DNA of 64,000 nucleotides from an uncultured Candidatus Entotheonella sp. (GCA_965215335.1 CBDCDA010000001.1:1728001-1792000), one strand, 5' to 3'. Counted from the first letter of the stretch, positions 1 to 10,378 are shown. Program-made: numbers and translations. Notes: generated from the sequence alone by a model not told the origin.

Positions 1-500
1 CTCGCCACGCCGGGCAATCCTGCCTCGGTGACGCGCCAGCCACGCTCGCGGGACGCCGGTTCGCCGTCCTCGACGAACGCAAGGGCAAAATCCTTGTCGC
101 GAGGCACCTCCTGCTCGTATTCCTGTGGCGTGATCGGCGGGGCAAACAGCACGCGGAGCCGCTGCTGCGCCGCTCCCGCCGGCCACAGGACCTCATAAGG
201 CAGCACGTGCGCCGCGGTCACCAGCACGGCGGCACCCCGTTGGGTGCGGTACAAAACGACGCCGGACCCCTGCCCCACGTCCACCAGGCGCTCGTGTACG
301 TTGCGCACCCGGTCGTGATCGGGATGTTCGGGCACCGCCAGGACGGCGGCGACGGACCGCAGCCCCTTGTGGTCGAACCGGGCGCTGAGGTCATCGAGAA
401 CGGCGGGGTCGATCCGAAACGCCGGCTCGTCGGCGGGGGCTGGCGCCGGCGCCAGAAACACGGCGGCCAGACTCAGGATGAGGAACGGGACGAGACGCAC
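1..500 (-). CDS. Secreted trypsin-like serine protease (partial, runs off left edge)
   Basis: Not in the ORF track; read manually from GTG at 500: MRLVPFLILSLAAVFLAPAPAPA signal peptide, then GSGVVL...VLVTAAHV (catalytic His motif) and KDFALAFV (Asp motif). Confidence 0.75.
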   Translation of the reverse strand, partial: MRLVPFLILSLAAVFLAPAPAPADEPAFRIDPAVLDDLSARFDHKGLRSVAAVLAVPEHPDHDRVRNVHERLVDVGQGSGVVLYRTQRGAAVLVTAAHVLPYEVLWPAGAAQQRLRVLFAPPITPQEYEQEVPRDKDFALAFVEDGEPASRERGWRVTEAGLPGVA

Positions 501-540
501 AACGCGTACCTTTCGCCGCTTGGGGCCGGGCCATCCGGCG

Positions 541-3480
541 TCACGCCAGCAGCGCCAGCAGGTCCGCGCGCGTCATGGCGGCAGCACCGGCGGTGTCGGC
601 CAGCGCCACGTCGGCCAGCGCCCGCTTGTGTTGTTGCAATGCGAGGATGCGCTCCTCCACCGTGTCCCGCGCCACCAGACGGTGTACCAGCACCGGGCGG
701 GTCTGGCCAATGCGATGGGCGCGGTCGGCGGCCTGGTCCTCAACCGCGGGGTTCCACCATGGATCCAGCAGGAAGACGTGGTCGGCAGCGGTGAGATTGA
801 GGCCGGTGCCGCCGGCGCGCAAGGAAATGAGCATGACCGGTGGACCGTCCGCGCCCTGGAAGTCCCGCACCACCTCGGCGCGCCGGCGCGTTTGGCCGTC
901 CAGACGGGCGAAGGCGATGTCGGCGGCGCGCAAGTGGGGCTCGACACGATCCAGCAGGGCGGTCCATTGGGAAAACACCAGCGCCTTGTGGCGGTCGGCG
1001 ACCGCCTCGCCGAGTACCTCCAGAAGCAATTCCACCTTGGCCGAGGTGGCGGCGTTCTGGCTTGGCACCAGGCCGCTGTGGCAGCAGGCCTGGCGCAGCC
1101 GCAGCAACGCCTCGAACGCCGCCATGACATTGCCCCCGGCCTCCAGACGGGCCACCACGTCATTCAGGGTGGCGGCGCGCACCGCGTCATACACGATGCG
1201 TTCGGCGTCGCTGAGTTCGCAGTGCAGCACCCGTTCCGTGCGCGCCGGCAGTTCCGGCGCCACTTCCCCCTTGCTGCGTCGCAGGATGAACGGCCGGATG
1301 CGCTCCCGCAGCCGCTCGGCCGCTTGCGGCTCACCGCTGGCGATGGGCTGGGCGTAGCGGTCCTGATAATCCTGCCGACCGCCGAGCAGGCCGCGGTTCA
1401 GAAAATGGAACTGGCTCCACAATTCGTCAAGGCGATTCTCGACCGGCGTGCCGCTCAGCGTGAGGCGAAACGCGGCACGCAGTTCAAAGGCCGCCTGCGC
1501 CACCTGGCTGTCGGGGTTCTTGATGTTCTGAGCCTCGTCGAGCACCACCGTGTCCCAGCTTTGCTGCGCCAGACGATCGCTGTCCAGACGAAGAATGGCG
1601 TACGTGGTCAGGGTGACGTCGGCCCCGGTGTCCAGGCGGCGCTGCGGACCGTGGTACAGCGATTGGCGCAGCGCCGGACGGAAGCGGCGGATTTCGTCGC
1701 CCCAGTGCGACAGCACGCTGGTGGGCGCCACCACCAGCGTGCGGCCGCGCACGGCGCACAGGGCCTGCAGGGTTTTGCCGAGCCCCATGTCGTCCGCCAG
1801 CATGCCGCCGAGCCCGGCTTGCCGGATGAAGACCAGCCAGTTGACGCCGCTGCGCTGGTAGGATCGCAGTGTGGCCTGCACGTCGTCGGGCAGCGGCGCT
1901 TCGGGAATGCCGGCGAAGTCCTCCACGAGGGTGCGCAGCGCGTCGAACTCCGGCGGTGGTGGCTGCTCCAGCGATTCGCACAGGCGCGCCAGGTCGGGCA
2001 GGACGAATGGGGGCAGTGCGCCGCCAGCGTTACGTGCCGCCAGCAGGTCGGCTACCCGATGACCGAACTGCTCCAACCATTCACGCGGCAGGGGCGCCCA
2101 GCCACCGCCGGACAACGGCACCAGCGACTCTCCGTCCCGCCAGGCGCGCAGTACCGCGGCGGCATCCACGCGCCGCGCGGGGCCTCCGGACGCGGTCGGT
2201 GCGGAGTCGAACCACATCTCGAAGTGTTGGAAATCAAGCCGCCCCTGCGGCACCAACGGCGGCGCCAGTTCAAAGGCGGTGTGCCCGCCGCCGCGTATTT
2301 CGCCACGCCATGCCTTGAGGCGCATGGCGACCCGCACCGCCGCCGCGCCGGTGTATTGTGCCTTGCGACCGGGGACGAGCCGCATCGTCTGCCGGAGTTG
2401 CCGCACCAGGCGTGCTTCCGCACGCCCGTCACGTTTCGGCAGCGGTCCTTGCAGGTGTACCAGGCGGTCGGCATCGACGCGGGCTAACGCTGGTTGACCG
2501 TAAACCAGGGTCGGCAGTACGGTCAGGGCGTCGCCTTCGCGGTGCACGTCCAGCACGATACGCGGCGGTTCCTGCACCACCCGCGGCAGGCGCCGCGTGC
2601 GCACCTGCACCGGCAGACGTTTTTCCAGGGACGGCAGGATATCGCTGAGCAGTTCGGTGAGTTGATCGTGGGTGAAATGACGCCCTGCATGGAGGTCGGC
2701 GCGTTCGCGGGCGGTGAGGCCGGGGTTGGCAACGGGCCGCAGCGTATCGCCGCACCGCACCACGCCGTTGCCAAACGCCTCGGTGATGGCCGGGTCGCGC
2801 TCGATAAACAGCCGGAAGCCATCGCCCTGATCCTCCAGGCAGACCTGCAGACCGATGGGCTTGGCGAGGATTCTGACAGGGCTGCCATCCAGCTTTGTGT
2901 CAGGCCCCACTGGCCCTGCCAGCGCTGCCAGCAGCTTCCTCATCACCTCGCGCGGCAGGCGCCCGCGCCGGTGTACGCCCAGCGCTGCCTCGACCGCCAG
3001 ATCGGCCGGCGTGGCCGCCACCGCGATGGATACCCGGCCCTGGAAGCGCAGGCCGCCGGGCCTGGTGAGGCTCAACGACAGCGGCGATTCCAGAATTTGT
3101 TGGCGGCCGTTGTAGACGACGCAGCGCTCGAAGCTCAGAGCGCCCCGCGAACGCGCGAACGCATAGCGCAGCCGGCCGCTGGCCTGCTGCGCTGCCGGCA
3201 GGGACTTGCCCTCCTGCCGGGCGCGCCGGAAGGCAATCACCGCCGCAGCAACGTGCGCGCATACCGCCTCGTGGTGGCCGCAATCGCACAACCAATCCTG
3301 GTCGTCGGGCCACAGCGTGACGGTGGGTTGCACGGCCTTGTCTCGCGTTGCCACCTTGAAGACGATTTCCTCGTCGTCCGCTCGCTCGCTGAGCACGGCG
3401 TTGGCGCGGGCGAACTCCACGCCGCGCGACCAGACGTGCGGCAAGCAAGCCTGGCGCACGGCGTCGAACAGTGCTTGCAT
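541..3480 (-). CDS. SWIM zinc-finger SNF2-family helicase/ATPase
   Basis: N-terminal CDC...CAH SWIM motif; [41 protein letters not shown]. Confidence 0.95.
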   Translation of the reverse strand: MQALFDAVRQACLPHVWSRGVEFARANAVLSERADDEEIVFKVATRDKAVQPTVTLWPDDQDWLCDCGHHEAVCAHVAAAVIAFRRARQEGKSLPAAQQASGRLRYAFARSRGALSFERCVVYNGRQQILESPLSLSLTRPGGLRFQGRVSIAVAATPADLAVEAALGVHRRGRLPREVMRKLLAALAGPVGPDTKLDGSPVRILAKPIGLQVCLEDQGDGFRLFIERDPAITEAFGNGVVRCGDTLRPVANPGLTARERADLHAGRHFTHDQLTELLSDILPSLEKRLPVQVRTRRLPRVVQEPPRIVLDVHREGDALTVLPTLVYGQPALARVDADRLVHLQGPLPKRDGRAEARLVRQLRQTMRLVPGRKAQYTGAAAVRVAMRLKAWRGEIRGGGHTAFELAPPLVPQGRLDFQHFEMWFDSAPTASGGPARRVDAAAVLRAWRDGESLVPLSGGGWAPLPREWLEQFGHRVADLLAARNAGGALPPFVLPDLARLCESLEQPPPPEFDALRTLVEDFAGIPEAPLPDDVQATLRSYQRSGVNWLVFIRQAGLGGMLADDMGLGKTLQALCAVRGRTLVVAPTSVLSHWGDEIRRFRPALRQSLYHGPQRRLDTGADVTLTTYAILRLDSDRLAQQSWDTVVLDEAQNIKNPDSQVAQAAFELRAAFRLTLSGTPVENRLDELWSQFHFLNRGLLGGRQDYQDRYAQPIASGEPQAAERLRERIRPFILRRSKGEVAPELPARTERVLHCELSDAERIVYDAVRAATLNDVVARLEAGGNVMAAFEALLRLRQACCHSGLVPSQNAATSAKVELLLEVLGEAVADRHKALVFSQWTALLDRVEPHLRAADIAFARLDGQTRRRAEVVRDFQGADGPPVMLISLRAGGTGLNLTAADHVFLLDPWWNPAVEDQAADRAHRIGQTRPVLVHRLVARDTVEERILALQQHKRALADVALADTAGAAAMTRADLLALLA

Positions 3481-3507
3481 CCGGTGCAGACTCCTTTCCT
3501 GCTCCGC

Positions 3508-3825
3508 TCAGGGCTGCGGTGCGAAATCGGGCGACAGCATCAACCAGGTTTTCTGCGACACGATGAGCGATTGCACGCGCGGAATGTAGTCCTGCTTCCA
3601 CTCCTCCGAGCTGGTGACCTTGGCCTTGGCCTCCGCCATGTGGGCGTGGTCGCGGTAGGCCCAGATGTGCACCACCTGGTTGAGCTCGCCGATGTCGCTG
3701 TAATACCAGCCGGCCAGCTTGATGCCGTGCTTCAGGCGCAGCGGCAGCGCCACGTCCTTGACGGCAGCCATGTAGTCGGGAACAGCGCCGGGTTTCAGCG
3801 TGTACATGCGAAAATCGTAGATCAT
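3508..3825 (-). CDS. NIPSNAP family protein
   Basis: IYDFRMYTLKPG...IGELNQVVHIWAY pattern, 105 aa. Confidence 0.9.
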   Translation of the reverse strand: MIYDFRMYTLKPGAVPDYMAAVKDVALPLRLKHGIKLAGWYYSDIGELNQVVHIWAYRDHAHMAEAKAKVTSSEEWKQDYIPRVQSLIVSQKTWLMLSPDFAPQP

Positions 3826-3875
3826 GGGCGGGGTTCCTTTTTGGAAAAATTAGCAAAGGTATTCTTGATTCCGCC

Positions 3876-3904
3876 AGCATATTGACGCGGGTCGGATCGG
3901 TCAA
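3876..3904 (-). promoter_or_regulatory. Sigma70-type promoter for the NIPSNAP-SNF2 unit
   Basis: TTGACC-17 nt-TATGCT on the minus strand, about 50 nt upstream of the NIPSNAP start. Confidence 0.6.
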
Positions 3905-4293
3905 CTCGCAAGCGTCGAATCCACGGAACTTGTGCAGTCGGAGGGGCGCCGGATCTTGTCGTTCCTCGCGTTCATGGCCATCCGGTTGCCCTGCGATCAC
4001 GGGTCCTTTGGCAGGCAACCCTGCGAACTCTGTCAAACGTCGGGTCTTTCAGGTCGGCAGGACCGAAGCGGGTCAAGCCATTGCGAAAAACGCATGGCAG
4101 CAGAGGGGCAGTCGGGACCGTGACGCCTGTCGTAATGGGTTGCCGGGCCGGGCGCAACGAAACCGGCTGCCCCGAGATGAGGTGCCTGGTGCTCGCACGG
4201 CTCGGTTTCAAAGCCGATTGCGCGCGGGTATAATGCCCCGTCGCAGGCGCGGCAGTGCCGCGTAACCATTCAACATCCCGAAGGAACCCCACC

Positions 4294-5631
4294 TTGAAAA
4301 TCACCATCATCGGCATCGGCTATGTCGGCGCCGTGGTCGCATCCGGGCTGGCTGCCGCCGGTCACTCCGTCCTGGGCATCGACATCGACCGCGGACGCCT
4401 GGCAACCCTGCAGGCTGGCAGGATTCATCTCTACGAACCGGGCCTGGAGGCCCGCGTTGCCGAGGGGGTGCGCAACGGCCAGTTGCGTTTTCTGCATCGC
4501 GACGAAGTGGACGAGCCGTTGGGCGCCGCCGCCATCATTACCACCGGAACGCCGCCGATGGAGAGCGGCGCCGCCGACCTCAGCCAGATCAAATCGGCCG
4601 TGGGCTGGATCAAGGCCAGGGCGTCCCGGAATCTGGTCGTGGTGATGAAGAGCACCGTGCCGCCCGGCGTTGGCCAGCGCCTGTTGCAAAACGACTTGCG
4701 GGGAACGGGAATCCGCTACGCCTCGAATCCCGAGTTTCTGCGCGAAGGGCGGGCGGTGGCCGACTGGGACGCCCCTGATCGCATCGTCATCGGCGCCGAA
4801 CCGGGCGACGACCACGCCGTTGCCGTTGTCAGATGCATGCACGCCGGCATCGACGCGCCACACATGGCCACCGACATCACCAGCGCCGAAATGGTCAAAT
4901 ACGCCAGCAACGCCTTTCTCGCCACGCGCGTCTCCTTTATCAACGAAATCGCCTTGCTATGCGACCGCATCGGCGCTTCCATCGATGCCGTCAGCGAGGG
5001 GCTGGCGATGGACGCGCGCGCTGGCGCCCGCATTTACGCCGGGGTGGGCTACGGTGGCTCGTGTTTCCCCAAGGACGTGCGCGCCTTGGATTACCTGGCG
5101 CTGACCAGCGGCGTGAGCGTCGATTTGCTGCGCTCGGTCATCAACGTCAACAACCGCCAGCGCATGCTGCCGCTGCACGCCCTGCGACAGCGTTTCAGGG
5201 GCGCTCTGCACGGCGTGAGCATTGGCATCCTGGGACTGGCGTTCAAGCCGGAAACAGACGACGTGCGAGACGCACCAGCCTTGCCGCTGATCCGAGAACT
5301 GGTGGACGAGGGTGTACAGGTTCTGGCGTTCGACCCGCAGGCCAACCGTACCGCCCGCCGTCTGCTGCCCGCCGCCGTGCGTATGGCCGCTAGTCCCGTC
5401 GAAGCCGCCGATGGGGCACAGGCGGTGGTTCTGCTCACCGAGTGGCCGCAGATCGTCCGGGCCGAATGGCCGTGCATCGCCGAGGCCATGCGCCCGCCCC
5501 GCCTGCTTTTCGACGGCCGCAACGCGCTGGATGCCGACGCCATGCGGGCGCTGGGCTTCGAATACGCGGGCGTCGGGCGCCAGGGCTTGCCCATCCAACA
5601 ACGCGTCGTGGAAGGACTGGGAGCACCATGA
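4294..5631 (+). CDS. ugd: UDP-glucose/GDP-mannose 6-dehydrogenase
   Basis: TTG start after AAGGA; GIGYVG Rossmann motif, KSTVPPG, NPEFLREG, GYGGSCFPKD, GLAFKPETDD. TATAAT at 4229-4234 upstream. Confidence 0.92.
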   Translation: MKITIIGIGYVGAVVASGLAAAGHSVLGIDIDRGRLATLQAGRIHLYEPGLEARVAEGVRNGQLRFLHRDEVDEPLGAAAIITTGTPPMESGAADLSQIKSAVGWIKARASRNLVVVMKSTVPPGVGQRLLQNDLRGTGIRYASNPEFLREGRAVADWDAPDRIVIGAEPGDDHAVAVVRCMHAGIDAPHMATDITSAEMVKYASNAFLATRVSFINEIALLCDRIGASIDAVSEGLAMDARAGARIYAGVGYGGSCFPKDVRALDYLALTSGVSVDLLRSVINVNNRQRMLPLHALRQRFRGALHGVSIGILGLAFKPETDDVRDAPALPLIRELVDEGVQVLAFDPQANRTARRLLPAAVRMAASPVEAADGAQAVVLLTEWPQIVRAEWPCIAEAMRPPRLLFDGRNALDADAMRALGFEYAGVGRQGLPIQQRVVEGLGAP

Positions 5632-6395
5632 AGATCGCCTATTTTGACTGCTTTTCGGGAATCAGCGGTGACATGACGCTGGGAGCGCTGGTGGATGCTG
5701 GCGTGGATCTGGCGGCCATCCGCGAGGATCTGGCCAAGCTGCCGGTGACGGGATACCGGTTGGAGGCGCGGGTGGTCAAGCGCGGCGGCCTGCGGGGTAC
5801 CAAGGTGGACGTGGTCGTGGACGAGGCGGCGCAACCGGCGCGACGCTATACCGACATCGCGGCGATGATTTCCGAAAGCGAATTGGAGCCCGAGGTGCGG
5901 AAGCGGGCGTTGGCGATCTTTCGTCGCCTGGGGGAGGTGGAAGCGCACCTGCACGACGAACCGCTGGACGCGATTCACTTTCACGAGGTGGGCGCGGTGG
6001 ATTCGATCGTCGACGTGGTGGGCGTGGCCATTGGCGCTCACGCCCTGGGGCTTGCGGGCGCGGTCGCCTCGCCGGTCAACGTCGGCCACGGCGCGGTGCA
6101 CACCTCGCACGGTCTGCTGCCGGTTCCCGCCCCCGCCACCCTGGCCTTGCTCAAGGGCTATTCGGCATACGCCGGCGACACCCGGCTGGAATTGACCACC
6201 CCCACCGGCGCGGCGATTCTTGCCACCCTCGCCGACCGCTTCGGACCGCTGCCGCGCATGACCATCGAGCGCATCGGCTATGGCGCCGGCAACCGCGATT
6301 TTCCCTCAGGCCCCAACCTGCTGCGCCTCGTCGTCGGCGAGGCGCCAGCCGACACGGCGTCGGACCACACCCACGGCCACCATCATCACGCCTGA
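5628..6395 (+). CDS. larC: LarC/DUF111 nickel-insertion protein, N-terminal (LarC1-like) part only, with His-rich tail
   Basis: MKIAYFDCFSGISGDM, HFHEVGAVDSIVD, HGLLPVPAPAT, ELTTPTGAA; ends DHTHGHHHHA; ATGA overlap with ugd. Confidence 0.85.
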   Translation: MKIAYFDCFSGISGDMTLGALVDAGVDLAAIREDLAKLPVTGYRLEARVVKRGGLRGTKVDVVVDEAAQPARRYTDIAAMISESELEPEVRKRALAIFRRLGEVEAHLHDEPLDAIHFHEVGAVDSIVDVVGVAIGAHALGLAGAVASPVNVGHGAVHTSHGLLPVPAPATLALLKGYSAYAGDTRLELTTPTGAAILATLADRFGPLPRMTIERIGYGAGNRDFPSGPNLLRLVVGEAPADTASDHTHGHHHHA

Positions 6396-6534
6396 CGGTT
6401 TCTCGAAAGATTTGCCCGTGGATGGGCTCCAGATGCGCCAAGGATCGTACCATCAATCCATGGGACCATACACTTGACACTCCGAGACGGTCCGCTGTAC
6501 CTTGCGGTCGAGACCCCTTTGCACCGGCATCGAT

Positions 6535-6873
6535 TCACGGCTTGGCAGCCCGCCGGCCGCTCACCAGGTGCATGTGCACGTGGTCCACGATCTGACCGCC
6601 GCCCCGTCCGACGTTCACCTGCAGGCGATACCCCTGTTCGACGATACCCCACCACGCCGCCAGCCGCTTGGCGACCACGAACAGCCGCCCCATCAGTTCG
6701 GTGTGCTGCGCCTCGTCGATGTCGTTGACGGTGGCGACGTGCGCCCTGGGCACCAGCAGGACGTGAATCGGCGCGGTGGGGTTGATGTCCTTGAAGACGA
6801 GAATCTCGTCATCCTCGTGAACCACGTCAGCGGGCTGACGCCTGGCGATGATTTCACAGAAAATGCACGACAT
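6535..6873 (-). CDS. HIT (histidine triad) nucleotide-binding protein
   Basis: CIFCEI, FKDINP, HVLLVP, GQIVDHVHMHLV. Confidence 0.93.
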   Translation of the reverse strand: MSCIFCEIIARRQPADVVHEDDEILVFKDINPTAPIHVLLVPRAHVATVNDIDEAQHTELMGRLFVVAKRLAAWWGIVEQGYRLQVNVGRGGGQIVDHVHMHLVSGRRAAKP

Positions 6874-6890
6874 GATTGCCGGCCTGTCCC

Positions 6891-7433
6891 CTACGCGTCC
6901 TGCTCTTCGAGCAGCAGGCTGACCACCTGCGGCACGATCTCCCGCGCGCGCTGGTCCAGTTCCTCGTCCGTGAGATTGGCAATCGGGTGCGGCATGCGCA
7001 GGAACTTGTAATCGGGAACGCCCCACGCCTGCGCCATGGCCTGGCCGGTGGCCTCGAATACGTCGGTGACGATGGCGGCGGCGGGAACGCCGAGCTTTTC
7101 AAAGAGAATGCCGTCGAGCACACTGCCCGAGCTGCACGAGCCTCAGTCGCCCACCCCGGCGACCACCACGTCGCAGCCGGCGCCGAACTCGTCGAGAATC
7201 TCCTGGTGCGCCGGCACGCTGGAGTTGTGCTTGCTGCGCATGATCGAGCTCTTGGCCCCGTATTCCCGCTCCAGGATCACGCCGATGCGGCGCAGCAGCT
7301 GGTCCGAGTTGAACTTGGTATTTTCCACCAGGCCGATGCGCGCGTTGCGCAGCGAATCGGGCCGCGGTACATAGGCCAGCGTCTGCTGCTCGGCCTCGGT
7401 GGTGGGATCGAACACCTGGAAGGTTCCCATCAT
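6891..7433 (-). CDS. UGSC-family selenoprotein (in-frame UGA at 7143-7145 read as Sec)
   Basis: ORF fragments 7143-7433 and 6891-7121 are in the same frame: ...VVAGVGD-TGA-GSCSSGSVLDGILFEKLGVP..., giving GD-U-GSC; RBS GGAGA upstream. Confidence 0.88.
7110..7132 (-). promoter_or_regulatory. Candidate bacterial SECIS hairpin
   Basis: mRNA UCGGGCA-GUG-UGCUCGA stem-loop begins 13 nt after the UGA, with G as the first loop base. Confidence 0.5.
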
Positions 7434-8503
7434 CGTCTCCTTTTCTGGATGCCCGCCGCGCCCGGCGGCCGGCGGATTTCGCGCGTCACGCCCTGTGACG
7501 TGCTCTTGCTGCCCCAGCCGGGAATGTAGGCCGAAAACGCCCCCGCCCGGCTGCCTGCCGCAACGATCAGAAAGTCCTCTTCGGTCGGCACCAGCGGCAC
7601 CATCGCCGTGTCGTCCGCCTCGCCGGGCTCGCCCGCCATGAGGTGGAGGTGCTTGAGCTCGGCGCGCGAGGTCTGCGTGCGCTCGAAGCAGAAGCGCCGG
7701 ATGTCGTCCTTGGACCAGCCGTCCTGCCCGATCACCTGCATGTGCTCTCCGGCGAGCACCAGGACGTATTGCGGCTGGCTCCTGACCCCGGACGAGATGC
7801 GCATGTGGGCACAGGCGGTGGTGAGGATGCCCTCGGCGGTGTTGCTGAGCTGGTTGTAGAACTGTTGCGGCGCCAGGGCCGCCAGGATGGTGACGGCGTT
7901 TTGCTCCGGGCTGAAGCCACGCTCGACGTGCAGCGCCGGCCAGGGGCTTTCCGCCTCGTTTTCGGCAATGCAGAAGCCGTATTTGCCGCTGTGTCCCAGG
8001 GTGCTGCGGTCGAGCCGCCCCGGCAGCGTGCCGATGACGTTGCGCATCACCAGCCGCAACGCCCGCCCGATCGAGGCGTTGGCGCGCCAGCCGGGACCGA
8101 AGAGGTTGTCGCCGTGGTTGAGGCCCAGCTCTTGCGCGATGGGACCGTTCACCACCGCCAGCACCGCCGAGCCGCCGGTGCTCGTCGCCGGGCCGTGATA
8201 GCACCACAGCGGGTCGCCCATGGCCGCCACCGCCGCCGCCAGCACGGGCATGTACTCGGGCTTGCAACCGGCCATGACGCCGTTGATCGCCACCTTCTCG
8301 GCGGTTACCGACACCTGGCGATTCTCGATGAACGTGATCTCCGCCTGCGGCGCCAACCCCGCCGATTCCAGCATTCCCCAGATGGCGTTCTCCGTTGGCG
8401 GCACCACCGGCAGGCCGTCCGTCCATCCCTTGTCGAAGTAAAAGTCCACCGCCTGCGCCATGTCCGCCACGTCGTACCGCGTGGATTGCAACTCTGCTGC
8501 CAT
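7430..8503 (-). CDS. Conserved uncharacterised protein usually paired with UGSC proteins
   Basis: WTDGLPVVPPT, EKVAINGVMAGC, GPGWRANASIGRALRL, ENE..SPW motifs; its stop overlaps the UGSC start (ATGA). Confidence 0.75.
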   Translation of the reverse strand: MAAELQSTRYDVADMAQAVDFYFDKGWTDGLPVVPPTENAIWGMLESAGLAPQAEITFIENRQVSVTAEKVAINGVMAGCKPEYMPVLAAAVAAMGDPLWCYHGPATSTGGSAVLAVVNGPIAQELGLNHGDNLFGPGWRANASIGRALRLVMRNVIGTLPGRLDRSTLGHSGKYGFCIAENEAESPWPALHVERGFSPEQNAVTILAALAPQQFYNQLSNTAEGILTTACAHMRISSGVRSQPQYVLVLAGEHMQVIGQDGWSKDDIRRFCFERTQTSRAELKHLHLMAGEPGEADDTAMVPLVPTEEDFLIVAAGSRAGAFSAYIPGWGSKSTSQGVTREIRRPPGAAGIQKRRR

Positions 8504-8633
8504 TCCGCACACACCTTTGCTCGTCGCGTCCGATTGTTGCCATTGCGTCGTGCCGTTCCAACACGGGAAAGCGTTTAAATACTAGAGTCTCGCCGGGGTT
8601 GTCAAGCGGGTGGACCGCCGCCGCGCTTCGCAC

Positions 8634-9020
8634 TTACTCCGGCGTCTTGCCGAACACGGCGTCCTGCCAGCAGTAGTTGCCGGCAAACCCGCAGGGCGGC
8701 CAGGTCGACAGCCGGCAGGGGACGATCAGCGAGGCGTATGCCCGCTGCGATTCCATCACTTTCTTGAAGAAGGGGCCCTTTGCCGCCTCCTCGGCCGCGA
8801 TCTTGTCCCACGACCGCAGCAGGGTGTGGAGCAGTGCCTGCAGATCACCCGGCAAGCCATCCCACACCTCCTTGTTGATCAGCAATTCCCCCATCGGGTC
8901 GGGTTCGTGCATGCTCGGCGTATAGTGGATTTTCCACATGCCCTGGGCGGGTCGAGCCCGACGCAGGAGTTGCGCGCCGACAGGATGAATTCTGCCGGCA
9001 CGATGGCGCCGACAATGCGG
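8634..9020 (-). pseudogene. Remnant C-terminal part of a TRAP transporter DctP substrate-binding protein
   Basis: HYTPSMHEP..MGELLINKEVWDGLPGDLQAL...FFKKVMESQRAY resembles a DctP C-terminus; no signal peptide or N-terminal half, and upstream sequence is out of frame. Confidence 0.6.
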
Positions 9021-9224
9021 GGCAGGAGATCAGGAATTAATTGGGCAAAAGCCGGCACTTGGCCCGCCGACGATCCTGTCCGTGGAAGACATGCACGAAT
9101 TTGTCAGAGCGCACATGTTGTTGCACAATTGGTGGGAAGCGCCGCCGTGACAAGGGTTGGCTTTTGGCGACAAGACGCATGCTGTAGGCATTGCCGACGG
9201 CATCCCCAGCCGAAGGGATCCTTC

Positions 9225-10253
9225 TTGACTCCGCTCGCATCCATTGCCGCACCGCGCCTGCATGCCTTCTACCAGCAGGCGTACCGGCACGCCGGCGTCC
9301 CGGACGAGGACGCCGCGGCAGTCGCCGACGCCCGTCTGCAAGGCACCCTGCGCCAGCCGGCCGGATTCGACGCCTTCAGCGTCGCGCGGCTGCGGAATAC
9401 CGTCCGCCGCCTGCGGGCCGGCGGCATCAACCCGACGCCGCAGATTCGCGTCGTCCACGAGCGCGGCCCGTTCGCCCTCCTGGATGCTGACAACGGCCTG
9501 GGCCCCATGGTCGGCATGCGGGCCATGACGCGCTGTCTGGAGGCGGCAAGGTCGGGCGGCGTTGCGCTGGTGGGGGTGCGAAACTCGACGACGCTCGGCA
9601 CGATGGCGACGTATGCCATGCGGGCGCTGCCCGAAGGCGTCCTGGGGTTCGTCGGCACCAACACGGAACTGAAAATCGGTCTGCCGCCCTGGGGCGGGCT
9701 GACCCCGACGCTTGGCAACAATCCCTTCGCGGTGGCCATCCCCCGCCGTCACGGTCCGCCGATCGTGCTGGACATGTCGCTCATCGCCACCCGGCCGCAG
9801 GAAAGCGGCGCTTCAGCGGAAAGACCCGCCCGCGGTCCCCTGGACGACGATTTCCTCGCCCGCCCGGTTATCGGCGCCCACAAGGGCTACGGTCTCGCCG
9901 TGGTCCTGGAAGTCCTGTGCGGCGTGCTCACCGGCGCTGGTTTCGGACAGACCCACGCGCCGGACCGGCTTGCCGACCCGCAGACCCGCCACGACCTCGG
10001 GCACCTGTTCGCCGTGCTCGACCCGACCGTGTTCATGCCGCGCCACGAGTTCGAGACGCGCATCGAGCGGTTGTGTGCCGAGATCAAACGATCCGCGCCC
10101 GCGCCCGGCGTGCCGCGCATCCTCCTGCCCGGCGAACTGGAGCAGGAACGGTGCGAGACCCGGTTGCGCCGCGGCATTCCCGTGCGGGCAGATACACGGA
10201 AGGCGCTGCTGGCGTTCTGCAGCGAGCTGGGCATCGCGTCGCCGCTGGATTGA
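9225..10253 (+). CDS. Ldh_2 (malate/L-lactate/ureidoglycolate dehydrogenase-like) family protein, divergent
   Basis: TTG start after AAGGGA; DADNGLG, GNNPFAVAIP, LDMS, HKGYGLA, LPGE. Confidence 0.85.
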   Translation: MTPLASIAAPRLHAFYQQAYRHAGVPDEDAAAVADARLQGTLRQPAGFDAFSVARLRNTVRRLRAGGINPTPQIRVVHERGPFALLDADNGLGPMVGMRAMTRCLEAARSGGVALVGVRNSTTLGTMATYAMRALPEGVLGFVGTNTELKIGLPPWGGLTPTLGNNPFAVAIPRRHGPPIVLDMSLIATRPQESGASAERPARGPLDDDFLARPVIGAHKGYGLAVVLEVLCGVLTGAGFGQTHAPDRLADPQTRHDLGHLFAVLDPTVFMPRHEFETRIERLCAEIKRSAPAPGVPRILLPGELEQERCETRLRRGIPVRADTRKALLAFCSELGIASPLD

Positions 10254-10260
10254 GTCAACC

Positions 10261-10300
10261 CTGCAGGTCGGGTCAGGCCGTCGGCCAACCCGACCTGCAG
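10261..10300. terminator. 13-bp perfect inverted repeat between convergent genes
   Basis: CTGCAGGTCGGGT...ACCCGACCTGCAG; no U-tract, so terminator versus REP-like element is unresolved. Confidence 0.5.
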
Positions 10301-10378
10301 CCCCGGCGCCGCGGGAGAGGGGGTCGCCTGCCGCATCGCCATGCTTTCTGCGGCCAGGCTGTACGGTATTTCCATAGG

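Noticed and set aside
367..2487. Long antisense ORFs (also 16232-19552, 31105-33243, 44507-46528, 51057-53351, 53605-56454)
   Set aside because: They are shadow frames opposite well-supported genes, expected in high-GC DNA, and show no recognisable motifs.
4000..4165. SRP RNA (ffs) call
   Set aside because: It lacks the conserved CAGG-xCC-GRAA-GG-xAGCAG core; kept only as a low-interest finding.
6280..6477. Programmed frameshift to a LarC2 domain
   Set aside because: The alternative frame is short and shows no LarC2 motif or slippery A-run.
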